Source: Candidatus Omnitrophota bacterium (GTDB taxonomy: Bacteria; Omnitrophota; Gorgyraeia; Duberdicusellales; 4484-171). From it: a stretch of DNA of 64,000 bases. The notes beneath the pieces were generated by a model. That model did no database searches. It was given only the letters and a program-made list of their open reading frames with translations, and was not told the origin of the DNA. The stretch lies in NCBI GenBank assembly GCA_024231025.1, contig JAAEQW010000150.1, forward strand, positions 239 through 64,238, in the 5' to 3' direction. The translations under genes were made by a program, and so were the position numbers. Positions 10,002 to 19,670 of the stretch are shown one piece after another; position 1 is the stretch's first letter, and the number at the start of each line of letters is the position of its first letter.

Positions 10002-11813
10002 ATGAAGCAATTTATGAAAGAATACTTTAAGCTTTTGGGGTTTGCCAAATCACACAGAGGACTCTTGTGCCTGGCTGCTGTTTGCATGGGTGTTTCTACG
10101 ATTTTTGAAGGAATTTCAATGGGGATGATTGTTCCTCTTTGCGACAGAATATTCACCGACAAGGTGATTATTATTCCCGGCAATTTGCCTAAATTTCTTG
10201 CTTCAATCATCGGTGTGTTTAATACCACAGAATCAGCGGTGCTGCTTAGTTACACAATATTTTTTGTGCCCGTGCTTTTTTTCTTTAAGGGTTTATTTAT
10301 GTACTTGCAAAACCTGCTAATGAATATGGTAGGTCAGGGGGTTGTGCGCCAAGTAAGGGATAAGCTCTATTCTAAGTTTCATGAGTTATCTTTAGATTTT
10401 TATGCTGATAAGCGTTCCGGTGAACTTATGTCGCGAATTACAAATGATGTTGCGTTCATTACTCATTCGTTGTCATATGCGTTGACCGATCTTATATACG
10501 AATCAATGCGAGCAATTGTTTTTGCGGTTATTGCCTTTTTCTTGGCCTTTAGCATTTCTTGGAGACTTCCGCTTTTTGCTTTTGTTATTTTTCCATTGAT
10601 AATGTTTCCGGTTTTAAGGATTGGCAAAAGAGTGAAGAAATTTTCAATTGTAATTCAAAAACGCATGGCAGATTTGAACTCACAACTTTCCGAGACTATT
10701 CAGGGCGCATATATCGTAAAAGCTTTTTGTAGAGAAAATTATGAGCTGGAGCGGTTCAAGCGAATAAATCATCAATATTATAAATTTATGATGAAAAACA
10801 TCAAAAGGATGATTATTCTTTCACCATTAACTGAGTTTATTGGTGTTACTAGTGCGATGGCAATAGTATGGATCGTTGGTAAAGAAGTTTTGGCTGGTCG
10901 TCTTTCTTTTGGCGTGTTCGGTTTGTTTTTAGGTGCTCTTTTATCAATCATACGTCCGATCAAAAAACTTTCTAATGTTCACGTAATCAATCAGCAAGCT
11001 TTAGCCGCTTCAAGCAGAATATATGATATTTTAGAAGAAAAATCAACCATTATGCAAAAGTCTGACGCTAAAGAGATCAGTGATTTAAACGATGCGATAG
11101 TCTTTGATAACGTTACATTTGCTTATGAAAATGAAGAGGTTTTGAAAAATATTAATCTTAATGTCAAAAAGGGTGAAGTTATTGCTTTAGTTGGTCATTC
11201 CGGTGCCGGCAAATCGACCTTGGTGGGTCTTTTACCGCGTCTTTATGACCCTAAAAAGGGGAAGATCACGATTGATGGAGTTGATTTGCGTGATTTAAAA
11301 ATAAAACCATTGCGAATGTTGATTTCCGTTGTTTCTCAGGAAATGGTGCTTTTCAACGCGACAGTAAAGGATAATATTGCTTATGGTAGGGTTGATGCAA
11401 CTCTTGATGAGATAAAAGAAGCAGCCAGAAAGGCATATGCGTTTGAATTTATCGAAAATCTGCCAAATGGATTTTCTACCGTTATCGGAGATCGTGGATT
11501 TAAGCTTTCCGGTGGAGAGCGTCAGAGAATCGCGATTGCTAGGGCAATCTTAAAGGATTCACCAGTTCTAATTCTCGATGAAGCGACCAGCCATCTTGAT
11601 TCTAAGTCAGAGCAGCTGATAAAAGAGGCTTTAAGCAATCTCATGAGAGGAAAAACCTCATTTGTTATTGCCCATCGGCTTTCTACGGTGCAAAAAGCTA
11701 ACAGAATAGCAGTTCTCGATAAGGGTCAAATTGTTGAGATTGGCCCCCACGATGATCTTCTTGTCCAAGATGCCTTTTATAAAAAATTGTATGATTTGCA
11801 GTTCAGCGCTTAG
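10002..11813 (+). CDS. msbA: ABC transporter permease/ATPase, MsbA-like lipid A flippase
   Basis: Six-TM N-domain followed by Walker A GHSGAGKST, signature LSGGERQRIAIARA and Walker B ILDEATS. Confidence 0.8.
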   Translation: MKQFMKEYFKLLGFAKSHRGLLCLAAVCMGVSTIFEGISMGMIVPLCDRIFTDKVIIIPGNLPKFLASIIGVFNTTESAVLLSYTIFFVPVLFFFKGLFMYLQNLLMNMVGQGVVRQVRDKLYSKFHELSLDFYADKRSGELMSRITNDVAFITHSLSYALTDLIYESMRAIVFAVIAFFLAFSISWRLPLFAFVIFPLIMFPVLRIGKRVKKFSIVIQKRMADLNSQLSETIQGAYIVKAFCRENYELERFKRINHQYYKFMMKNIKRMIILSPLTEFIGVTSAMAIVWIVGKEVLAGRLSFGVFGLFLGALLSIIRPIKKLSNVHVINQQALAASSRIYDILEEKSTIMQKSDAKEISDLNDAIVFDNVTFAYENEEVLKNINLNVKKGEVIALVGHSGAGKSTLVGLLPRLYDPKKGKITIDGVDLRDLKIKPLRMLISVVSQEMVLFNATVKDNIAYGRVDATLDEIKEAARKAYAFEFIENLPNGFSTVIGDRGFKLSGGERQRIAIARAILKDSPVLILDEATSHLDSKSEQLIKEALSNLMRGKTSFVIAHRLSTVQKANRIAVLDKGQIVEIGPHDDLLVQDAFYKKLYDLQFSA

Positions 11814-11861
11814 GGGTATTTTTGTCTGATTTTTATGGTAAAAATGGCGAAAAGAAGGGTA

Positions 11862-11889
11862 TTGCAAATATAAAGATATATGGTATACT
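11862..11889 (+). promoter_or_regulatory. sigma70-like promoter for the rpsB-tsf-pyrH-frr operon (TTGCAA - 16 bp - TGgTATACT)
   Basis: Good -35 hexamer and an extended -10, located 65 nt upstream of the rpsB ATG. Confidence 0.5.
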
Positions 11890-11953
11890 TTTTGGACGTA
11901 TAAATCGAAACTGTATATTTATATACGTATAACATTAAGGAGGATTACAGGAA

Positions 11954-12748
11954 ATGGCGTTACCGGAAGCGATTAAGGATTTACTGGAAAATGGAGTGCA
12001 TTTTGGGCATTTGAGTAAGCATTGGAACCCGAGAATGAAAAGATTTATTTTCGGCAAGAAAAAGAACGTCTACGTTATCGATTTAGAAAAAACTGCTCAG
12101 GAGCTCGATAAAGCTAAAGATTTTGTTAGTTCGGTGGCCAAACGTGGTGGCAAGATTCTTTTTGTAGCCACTAAAAAACAGATCCGTCATTTAATAAAGG
12201 ACTTTGCTGTTGAATGTGATATGTCTTATGTGGTAGAAAGGTGGGTTGGAGGTTTTCTTACAAACTTTTCTACGGTAAGAACGCGAGTAAAAAAATATAT
12301 CGAGCTTTTAGAAAGAAAAGAAAGCGGCGATTTTGATAGGCTATCAGGTAAGGAAGTTTCTCGTCTCAATCGAGAGATCAATAAGATGGATAAGAATTAT
12401 CGAGGTGTTACGACTTTGGATGAATACCCAAAGTGTGTGATTGTGGTTGATCCCAAAAGAGAGGTTTCTTGTGTGCGTGAAGCGAATAGATTGTCAATAC
12501 CAGTTGTGGCGTTGATTGATACGGATGCTGATCCTGACGTTATCGACTATCCAATTCCTGGCAATGATGACGCGATAAAATCAGTAGGGTATGTAATTAA
12601 GGGGCTTGTTGAGGCAATTAAAGATGGCACAGAACAGGCTAAAGCAGTGGTCGCAGAAGAGTTGGCTGTACAAGAGAAAGCTGATCAAGAAGCCAACAAG
12701 GAGACACCTGTGAAGGAAGAAGAGAAGGTAGAGGGCGCTGAAAGTTAA
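11954..12748 (+). CDS. rpsB: 30S ribosomal protein S2
   Basis: LLENGVHFGH at the N-terminus, with an acidic C-terminal tail. Confidence 0.9.
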   Translation: MALPEAIKDLLENGVHFGHLSKHWNPRMKRFIFGKKKNVYVIDLEKTAQELDKAKDFVSSVAKRGGKILFVATKKQIRHLIKDFAVECDMSYVVERWVGGFLTNFSTVRTRVKKYIELLERKESGDFDRLSGKEVSRLNREINKMDKNYRGVTTLDEYPKCVIVVDPKREVSCVREANRLSIPVVALIDTDADPDVIDYPIPGNDDAIKSVGYVIKGLVEAIKDGTEQAKAVVAEELAVQEKADQEANKETPVKEEEKVEGAES

Positions 12749-12767
12749 GTTGAAGGAGGAGAGTGCG

Positions 12768-13301
12768 ATGAGTTTGGATGCGATAAAAAGACTAAGAGAA
12801 TTAACATCGGTGGGAATTAATGAGTGCAAAAATGCCCTGGGTGAATCTGGTGGTGATTTTGATAAGGCGCTAGAAATTTTAAGAAGACGAGGCATTCAAG
12901 TTGCCGAAAAAAGAGGGGGTCGAACCGCTTCGCAAGGGCTAGTTGATGCATATGTGCATTTTGGTGGTAATCTTGGTGCGCTTGTGGAGATAAATTGTGA
13001 AACCGACTTTGTTGCTCGTACCGACGTATTTAAGAAATTTACCAGAGATGTTGCAATGCAAGTTGCGGCAGCCAATCCGAAGTATATTAAGCGCGAGGAT
13101 GTTCCCGCAAGTGAATTAGAAGGATTAAAAAATGCTGATGATTACATTAAGCAAGTATGTTTGTTTGAGCAATCATTTGTAAAAGATTCTAAACTTACCA
13201 TGAGTGATTATTTACGTGATGTTATTGCGCAAACGGGAGAGAACGTGGTAATCAGAAGGTTTACTCGTTTCTCTTTGGGGACAGGAGATGAACCCCGTTA
13301 A
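12768..13301 (+). CDS. tsf: elongation factor Ts (short form)
   Basis: AAGGAGG upstream of the ATG at 12768; LRELTSVGINECKNAL UBA-like N-terminus. Confidence 0.85.
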   Translation: MSLDAIKRLRELTSVGINECKNALGESGGDFDKALEILRRRGIQVAEKRGGRTASQGLVDAYVHFGGNLGALVEINCETDFVARTDVFKKFTRDVAMQVAAANPKYIKREDVPASELEGLKNADDYIKQVCLFEQSFVKDSKLTMSDYLRDVIAQTGENVVIRRFTRFSLGTGDEPR

Positions 13302-13334
13302 GCCTCTCATAAAATATTTAGGAGGTCGGATAGG

Positions 13335-14051
13335 GTGAGAGCTAAATATAAAAGAATTCTTCTTAAATTGAGCGGCGAAGCTTTCCTAGGAGATGAACCG
13401 CACGGCATCGATACAGGTGTTTGTTCACATCTTGCAGATCAAATCAAAGAAATATTAGAATTGGGTTTAGAGATAGCCCTGGTTGTTGGTGGTGGGAATA
13501 TCTTTCGCGGGGCACCTCGTTCAAAAGACTTTGAAATGGAACGCACGGTTGCTGATTATATGGGGATGCTCGCGACGGTTTTAAATGGATTAGCCTTGCA
13601 AAATGCCTTAGAACATAAAGGTGTTTCTTCAAGGGTAATGACTGAGATTCAGATGCATCAGATTGCCGAGCCGTACATTCGTCGTCGAGCGATTAGGCAC
13701 CTAGAGAAGAAGAGAGTAGTTATATTTGTTGGAGGAACAGGCAATCCTTATTTTACTACCGATACGGCTGCTGCTTTAAAGAGTGCGGAGATTGGTGCTG
13801 ACATCTTGCTTAAAGCAACTAAGGTAGGCGGTGTTTATTCGGCTGATCCGGTAAAGGAAAAGGATGCCAAATTATTTAAAGAATTAAGCTATAAAGATGT
13901 TATAAATAAAGACTTAAAAGTTATGGATTTTACAGCCATTACTATGTGCATGGAAAATAACTTACCGATAAATGTTTTCAATTTTATGGAAAAAGGTAAT
14001 TTAAAAAAAGTAGTATTGGGAACAAGCATCGGAACTCTTATCCAAAAATAA
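13335..14051 (+). CDS. pyrH: UMP kinase
   Basis: KRILLKLSGEAF N-terminal motif. A GTG start follows GGAGG. Confidence 0.85.
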   Translation: MRAKYKRILLKLSGEAFLGDEPHGIDTGVCSHLADQIKEILELGLEIALVVGGGNIFRGAPRSKDFEMERTVADYMGMLATVLNGLALQNALEHKGVSSRVMTEIQMHQIAEPYIRRRAIRHLEKKRVVIFVGGTGNPYFTTDTAAALKSAEIGADILLKATKVGGVYSADPVKEKDAKLFKELSYKDVINKDLKVMDFTAITMCMENNLPINVFNFMEKGNLKKVVLGTSIGTLIQK

Positions 14052-14066
14052 TCTGGGGAGAACATT

Positions 14067-14627
14067 ATGCTTTCTAAAGAAATTTTAAAAGAAGCCGGCG
14101 AGTCCATGCAAAAAGCGATTAACGCAACCAAAAGAGAATTCTCTGAATTGCGTTCTGGCAGAGCCAATCCAAAAATGGTGGAAGGTCTTAGGGTTGATTA
14201 TTACGGTACTCCGACAATGCTGAAAGAAATTGCAGCGATTGGTGTTCCTGAGGCGAAGATGGTTGTGATAAATCCGTGGGATCCTTCAGCGGTTAAGGAA
14301 ATAGAGAAAGCTATTTTGCAATCCGAATTAGGAATTACTCCAATTACCGACGGAAAAATCATAAGATTGATTGTTCCACCGCTTTCTGAGGAACGTAGGA
14401 AAGATTTAATAAAAATAGTAAAAAAAGTTGCCGAAGAAGGCAAGGTTTCAATCCGTACGGTTCGTAGAGACTATAAGGAACGTGTAAAAGTTTTAGAAAA
14501 AGATAAAAAAATTTCTGAAGATGAGCGCTTTAAGGCTGAAGATGACCTTCAGAAACTTACAGATAATTGCATTAAAGATCTCGATAAGCTTTCAGAAGAT
14601 AAAGAAAAAGAGTTAAGAGAGTTTTAG
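14067..14627 (+). CDS. frr: ribosome recycling factor
   Basis: RRF-like 186 aa carrying VRRDYKER. Confidence 0.85.
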   Translation: MLSKEILKEAGESMQKAINATKREFSELRSGRANPKMVEGLRVDYYGTPTMLKEIAAIGVPEAKMVVINPWDPSAVKEIEKAILQSELGITPITDGKIIRLIVPPLSEERRKDLIKIVKKVAEEGKVSIRTVRRDYKERVKVLEKDKKISEDERFKAEDDLQKLTDNCIKDLDKLSEDKEKELREF

Positions 14628-14672
14628 AGCAGTCATTGATAATTAGATTAGTAATGGATTGAGCCGCTAGCT
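14627..14672. repeat. 46-bp perfect direct repeat, copy 1; ends in the first 12 nt of tRNA-Lys (GAGCCGCTAGCT)
   Basis: Identical to 14784-14829. This copy continues into non-tRNA sequence. Confidence 0.8.
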
Positions 14673-14783
14673 TCCGCCGTCGTTCTTCGAACTTTGGCGG
14701 ATTAATTCAGCTATACACTTTTTCTTCGTGCTGCTCGAAAAAGTGTAAGTTTCATTGAACAGTTGGCTTGCTGGTTTGCGATA

Positions 14784-14829
14784 GAGCAGTCATTGATAAT
14801 TAGATTAGTAATGGATTGAGCCGCTAGCT
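14784..14829. repeat. 46-bp perfect direct repeat, copy 2; runs into the intact tRNA-Lys
   Basis: Identical to 14627-14672. Confidence 0.8.
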
Positions 14830-14893
14830 CAGTTGGCAGAGCACCGCCCTTTTAAGGCGGGTGTCCCGGGTTCGAGCCTCGGGCGGCTCACCA
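14818..14893 (+). tRNA. tRNA-Lys (anticodon TTT), CCA encoded
   Basis: Manual fold: 7-bp acceptor GAGCCGC/GCGGCTC, anticodon stem CCGCC/GGCGG, loop CTTTTAA, T-loop TTCGAGC. Confidence 0.85.
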
Positions 14894-14898
14894 TTTAA

Positions 14899-14980
14899 GC
14901 GGATGTGGCGGAATTGGCAGACGCGCTAGACTTAGGATCTAGTCTTTTACGAGGTGGGAGTTCAACTCTCCCCATCCGCA
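14899..14980 (+). tRNA. tRNA-Leu (anticodon TAG), type II with long variable arm, no encoded CCA
   Basis: Acceptor GCGGATG/CATCCGC, anticodon stem CTAGA/TCTAG, loop CTTAGGA. Confidence 0.85.
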
Positions 14981-15046
14981 TTTGAATTTTGAATCGGTTG
15001 TTTAGCAATTCATAATTCACAATTGATAATTCATAATTGAATATTC

Positions 15047-15123
15047 GCGGGCGTAGCTCAATCGGCTAGAGCGTCACGTTGCCAACGTGAAGGTTAGGGG
15101 TTCGATTCCCCCCGCCCGCTCCA
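15047..15123 (+). tRNA. tRNA-Gly (anticodon GCC), CCA encoded
   Basis: Acceptor GCGGGCG/CGCCCGC, anticodon stem TCACG/CGTGA, loop TTGCCAA, T-loop TTCGATT. Confidence 0.85.
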
Positions 15124-15176
15124 TGCGTCAGTTTAAAACTATCGGTATGTTCTGGTGAGTATTGTGTTGTTTTTTT

Positions 15177-15656
15177 ATGGATATTAATATTCTTAATTAC
15201 CTCGATAAAGATAGTATAGTTTTTGATTTTAAGGATAAAAGCAAAAGAGTGATTTTTTCATCACTGCTCGATCATCTTATTCTTAAGAAAAAGATTGCCA
15301 AGCGCGACAAAAATTCAATCATCAGAGCACTTATCCAACGAGAAGATATGGGATCAACTGCCATTGGTGGCCACATCGCTTTTCCTCATACCCGTGTAGC
15401 TTCTGTTAAAAAAGTGGTTCTTTGCCTTGCGGTATCAAATCGGGGCATTGAATTTGATGCCTTAGATCAGGAACCGGTTAACATTGTTCTCTTATTGCTT
15501 TCAAACAATAAAGAGGCAGGGTTGCACCTTAAAATGCTTGCATTCTTGGCACGTTTGTTGAGAGATAAATATTTTGTTCAACAATTGAAGAATGCAAAAA
15601 AATCAGAGGAAGTTCTTCGGTTGATCAACAAACAACAACAGGCGGTAAAACACTAA
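15177..15656 (+). CDS. ptsN: PTS EIIA(Ntr)-type nitrogen regulatory protein
   Basis: EIIA type-2 phosphorylation motif GGHIAFPH and a conserved C-terminal block PVNIVLLLLS. Confidence 0.7.
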   Translation: MDINILNYLDKDSIVFDFKDKSKRVIFSSLLDHLILKKKIAKRDKNSIIRALIQREDMGSTAIGGHIAFPHTRVASVKKVVLCLAVSNRGIEFDALDQEPVNIVLLLLSNNKEAGLHLKMLAFLARLLRDKYFVQQLKNAKKSEEVLRLINKQQQAVKH

Positions 15657-15662
15657 GCACTT

Positions 15663-16907
15663 ATGAAAAAGTTTTTTAAATTCATTCGATGGTTTTATCC
15701 GGGTTTAAGAATTAAGCGTTGGGTTATTGTTCTTGTAATCGGATTGCTTTTGCTTTTGGGGTCATCTTCCAGTTCTAAGGATATATTATTGTGGAAAATA
15801 GTTAATACTTTTATATTTATCCTTGGTGCCGGCGCATTGATTACCGGAACAGCTTTTTTAATAAAAAGTTTTATTGAAGTGATCTATCCGCATAAGGAAA
15901 AAGGATTGATTGATATAATTTACGAAAAAAGATTTCTGGCCAAGGGCCCTAAGATTGTTGCCATTGGTGGAGGAACCGGGCTTTCTACGATTCTAGAAGG
16001 ATTAAAGAGCTATACTTCGAATATTTCCGCAATAGTTGCGGTAGCTGATGAAGGTGGATCTTCAGGCAGAATTAGAGAAGAATTTGGAATTTTGCCACCT
16101 GGAGATATACGGAATTGTCTAGTTTCTCTTTCCGATTCTCCTCAGCTTATGCGGGATTTATTTCAGTATCGCTTTAAAGAAGGCGGAGGAATGAAGGGGC
16201 ATAGCTTTGGCAATCTTTTCATTACTGCTTTGACTGAAGTTACCGGAAGTTTTAAAGATGCAGTTGAAGAATCAAGTAAAGTTTTAGCGATTAGAGGGCG
16301 GGTTATTCCGTCTAGTTTAGATGAAATACGGCTCAAGGCTGAATATAGAGATGGGACTACTCAAGATGGAGAAGATAAAATTCCTGATGTGGCAAAGCCG
16401 ATAAAAAAAATATTCCTTATGCCTAGCGATGCTCAACCTAATCCGGAAGCGTTAGACGCAATAAGAGAGGCAGAGATGATTGTGTTTGGGCCAGGGAGTT
16501 TGTTTACGAGTATTATTCCCAATCTCTTAATAAAAGAAATAAGTGATGAAATTGTCAAAAGAGATGTGTTAAAAGTGTATATTTGCAATGTAATGACTCA
16601 GCATGGCGAAACAGATGGTTTTACTTCAGCGGATCACCTCTCAATGTTTATGGAGCATGTTGATAAAGGAGTTGTTAACTGCTGCCTAGTTAATTCAGGG
16701 GGGCTAAAACATAAGCTATTGTTTAAATATGCCCAAGAAGGATCTTTTCCGGTTATCTTTGACAGGGAGCGGTTGAAAAGAATGGGGGTAACTGTTTTTG
16801 ATGGTGACGTTGTAAGTAAAAGCAATTACCTTCGTCATGATTCAGAAAAAGTTGGTAAAAAGATAGTTAATATTTACAACGAATGGAAAAAGACATGGAA
16901 AGAATAG
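15663..16907 (+). CDS. yvcK: YvcK/UPF0052 (CofD-like) gluconeogenesis-factor family protein with N-terminal TM anchor
   Basis: IVAIGGGTGLSTILEGLK core motif. Confidence 0.75.
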   Translation: MKKFFKFIRWFYPGLRIKRWVIVLVIGLLLLLGSSSSSKDILLWKIVNTFIFILGAGALITGTAFLIKSFIEVIYPHKEKGLIDIIYEKRFLAKGPKIVAIGGGTGLSTILEGLKSYTSNISAIVAVADEGGSSGRIREEFGILPPGDIRNCLVSLSDSPQLMRDLFQYRFKEGGGMKGHSFGNLFITALTEVTGSFKDAVEESSKVLAIRGRVIPSSLDEIRLKAEYRDGTTQDGEDKIPDVAKPIKKIFLMPSDAQPNPEALDAIREAEMIVFGPGSLFTSIIPNLLIKEISDEIVKRDVLKVYICNVMTQHGETDGFTSADHLSMFMEHVDKGVVNCCLVNSGGLKHKLLFKYAQEGSFPVIFDRERLKRMGVTVFDGDVVSKSNYLRHDSEKVGKKIVNIYNEWKKTWKE

Positions 16908-17161
16908 AAAGCCAAATTATAGTCAATAGTAACCATGGCTTGCATGCGCGTCCGGCAGCGGTTTTTGTTCAGATTGCCAATAAGTTTGATTCTAAAGTTT
17001 CTCTTGCTAAAGATGGCGAGTGTGTAGATGGCAAGTCAATAATTGCTATATTGAGTTTAGGAATAAATAGAGGGGCACAAGTTAGCTTGATCGCAGAAGG
17101 GCGAGACGCTAAAGAAACGGCAGATGAGTTAAGAAAATTTTTGGAGAGCAATAATGATTAA
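16883..17161 (+). CDS. ptsH: phosphocarrier protein HPr
   Basis: VNSNHGLHARPAAVFV, with the active-site His in the GLHARP context. Confidence 0.85.
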   Translation: MEKDMERIESQIIVNSNHGLHARPAAVFVQIANKFDSKVSLAKDGECVDGKSIIAILSLGINRGAQVSLIAEGRDAKETADELRKFLESNND

Positions 17162-18911
17162 TTTGCAAGGCGTTGCTGCTGCTGGTGGTATAGCAATTGG
17201 AAAAGTTTTCTATTTGGGAAAAGAAGAATTTGTGATACCTAAGCATAGAATAACGCATGAGGATATTTCTCGTGAAATATATCGGCTTGAAGAATCATTA
17301 ATTGATACTCGTCGAGAGATATCTTCTTTGCAGAAGAGAATTGCTAAAGAGTTTGGTTTTGATCATGCCAAGATTTTCGAAGCGCACCTTTTGGTTTTGG
17401 AAGACAGAGTCTTAATAGAAGATGTTATTCAGCAGATTAAAGATAAAAAAATAAATATCGAATATGCTTTTTCCCAGAGCATTAAGAAGTATGTAAATAT
17501 TTTGTTGAAACTCAATGATGATTATCTTCGTGAGCGCGTGATCGACATTGAAGATGTCTCGCGCAGAGTTATGAGCAAACTTCTAAAACAGAAGGAAGTT
17601 AATTTAAGAGATTTAGATGAAAAAGTTGTTGTAGTTTCTCATGATCTTCCACCATCTCAAACTGCTAATCTACCAAAAGAAAAGATTATGGGCTTTGTTA
17701 CCGATGTTGGTGGTCGCACCTCGCATACGGCAATTATCGCCAGAAGCCTTGGTATTCCAGCAGTAGTTGGCACCGAAGTCGCTACAAAAAACGTAAAGTC
17801 CGGAGATGTGATTATAATTGACGGTTCTCTTGGGCAAGTTTTTGTAAATCCGCCAGAGAAAATTATTCGCGAATATAAAGAAAAGCTAGTTAAGTATAAA
17901 AAAGAAATAGAGATTGCCCATGTGCCCCGAGCGTTGAAAGCTTGCACAAAAGATAAAAAAGAAATAGTAGTTTCAGCTAATGTAGAATTGCCAGAAGAGT
18001 TGCCTCTGGTTGTTCAATCTGGAGCAGAAGGGATCGGTCTTTATCGCACAGAATTTATCTTTTTAGGCCGTCGTGATTTGCCAACGGAAGACGAACAATA
18101 CAAGGCATATTTAACAGTAGCGAAAAAGGTGAAGCCTAATTCGGTAATTATTAGAACAATTGATATTGGCGGAGATAAATTTCTTTCTCGGCCGGAAGTT
18201 CCCGCTGAATTAAGTCCATTTTTAGGGTGGCGGGCAATAAGATTTTGCCTTGCACGCCCAGAGCTTTTTAAAACTCAACTTAGAGCGATCTTGCGAGCGT
18301 CAACTGAAAAAAATATAAAGGTTATGTTTCCAATGATTTCCGGTATCGAAGAGTTGCGTGAAGCCAAAAAGCTCTTAGAGGAATCTAAAAAGGAACTTAA
18401 GAAAGAAGGCAAGAAATTTGATGATAAAATCTCTGTTGGAACGATGATCGAGGTTCCCTCAGCGGCACTAACCGCAGATTCGTTAGCTCGCGAAAGCGAT
18501 TTTTTCAGCATTGGGACCAATGATTTAATACAATATTCTTTAGCGGTTGACCGTGCTAATGAAAAAGTGGCATATCTTTATGAGCCTGGTCATCCGGCAG
18601 TATTGCGATTGATAAAAAGTGTTATTGAAAGTGCGCATAAAAATAAAATATGGGTAGGTATGTGCGGTGAGATGGCGGGCGAACCTCTTTTTGCGTTTTT
18701 ACTTATAGGTTTTGGGTTGGATGAATTTAGTATGCCACCGCCTTGCGTTCCTAAGGTTAAAGAATTAATTAGAAACATCAAATTTAAAGATGTAGAGAAA
18801 ATATCCCAGAAAGTGATAGATCTTGCAACTGCTAGGGAAGTGGAAAAGTATTTACAGGAAGAAGCGCGAAAGATCTTAAAAGATGATTTTGAGCGCATTA
18901 TAATGCGATAA
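17154..18911 (+). CDS. ptsI: phosphoenolpyruvate-protein phosphotransferase (PTS enzyme I)
   Basis: GGRTSHTAIIARSLGIPAVVG phospho-His motif and a PEP-utilising C-terminal domain. Confidence 0.85.
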   Translation: MINLQGVAAAGGIAIGKVFYLGKEEFVIPKHRITHEDISREIYRLEESLIDTRREISSLQKRIAKEFGFDHAKIFEAHLLVLEDRVLIEDVIQQIKDKKINIEYAFSQSIKKYVNILLKLNDDYLRERVIDIEDVSRRVMSKLLKQKEVNLRDLDEKVVVVSHDLPPSQTANLPKEKIMGFVTDVGGRTSHTAIIARSLGIPAVVGTEVATKNVKSGDVIIIDGSLGQVFVNPPEKIIREYKEKLVKYKKEIEIAHVPRALKACTKDKKEIVVSANVELPEELPLVVQSGAEGIGLYRTEFIFLGRRDLPTEDEQYKAYLTVAKKVKPNSVIIRTIDIGGDKFLSRPEVPAELSPFLGWRAIRFCLARPELFKTQLRAILRASTEKNIKVMFPMISGIEELREAKKLLEESKKELKKEGKKFDDKISVGTMIEVPSAALTADSLARESDFFSIGTNDLIQYSLAVDRANEKVAYLYEPGHPAVLRLIKSVIESAHKNKIWVGMCGEMAGEPLFAFLLIGFGLDEFSMPPPCVPKVKELIRNIKFKDVEKISQKVIDLATAREVEKYLQEEARKILKDDFERIIMR

Positions 18912-18914
18912 AAT

Positions 18915-19670
18915 ATGCGAGTAATAATTCTTGCAGGTGGTTACGGAACAAGATTGTATCCTTTAACAATTAATCTTCCCAAGCCTCTGATCCCCATAAA
19001 CGGAAAGCCGATAATTAATTTCTTATTGGATAAAGTTGAAAGATTGCGTGAAAATTTTACGGTTACTGATATAAGAATTGTTTCGAATAATAAATTTTCT
19101 AAAAAGTTCTTATCTTGGCAGAAACGCTATTGTCTTAAGGTTAACGTTCTTAATGACGGATCTAACACCGTTGAGGATCGCCTGGGAGCAGTCGGTGACA
19201 TTAAGTTTGCTATCGGTAGAAAAAAGGGTGATTGGCTGGTTATTGGCGGTGATAATTTGTTTGAAGATGATTTATCCAATTTTCTAAAATTTGCACTTAA
19301 GAATAAACCCTATCCTTGTGTGGGGTTGTATGATTTAGGAAATAAATCTATTGCTTCTCGTTATGGGGTGGTAAAAATTAATAGCAAAAAAAGAATAGAG
19401 AAGCTCGTTGAAAAACCGACGAAACCGGCATCTAGCTTAATAGCAAGTTGTGTGTATTTTTTTCCTGAAGAATCATTAAGTTTTCTTGATAATTATCTAA
19501 AAGAAACTAATGCCTGTGATGCTGCCGGAGGGTATATATCTTGGTTGGTTAGCAGGACGAAAGTTTTTGGTTACACCTTTAAAGGGCGTTGGCTTGATGT
19601 TGGACATAAGGATTCTTTGAAGCTTGCACAGAGTAGCTTTATGAATAACCAAGATGCAATAATCAAATAA
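18915..19670 (+). CDS. sugar-phosphate nucleotidyltransferase (G1P thymidylyl/uridylyl-transferase family)
   Basis: MRVIILAGGYGTRLYPLT N-terminal NTP-transferase motif. Confidence 0.6.
   Translation: MRVIILAGGYGTRLYPLTINLPKPLIPINGKPIINFLLDKVERLRENFTVTDIRIVSNNKFSKKFLSWQKRYCLKVNVLNDGSNTVEDRLGAVGDIKFAIGRKKGDWLVIGGDNLFEDDLSNFLKFALKNKPYPCVGLYDLGNKSIASRYGVVKINSKKRIEKLVEKPTKPASSLIASCVYFFPEESLSFLDNYLKETNACDAAGGYISWLVSRTKVFGYTFKGRWLDVGHKDSLKLAQSSFMNNQDAIIK

Noticed and set aside
14627-14829. 46-bp direct repeat at tRNA-Lys considered as attL/attR of an integrated element
   Set aside because: Only 110 bp separate the copies. No integrase or cargo is present. The duplicated part is the 5' end of the tRNA, not the 3' end. 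It is kept as a curiosity finding but not called a mobile element.
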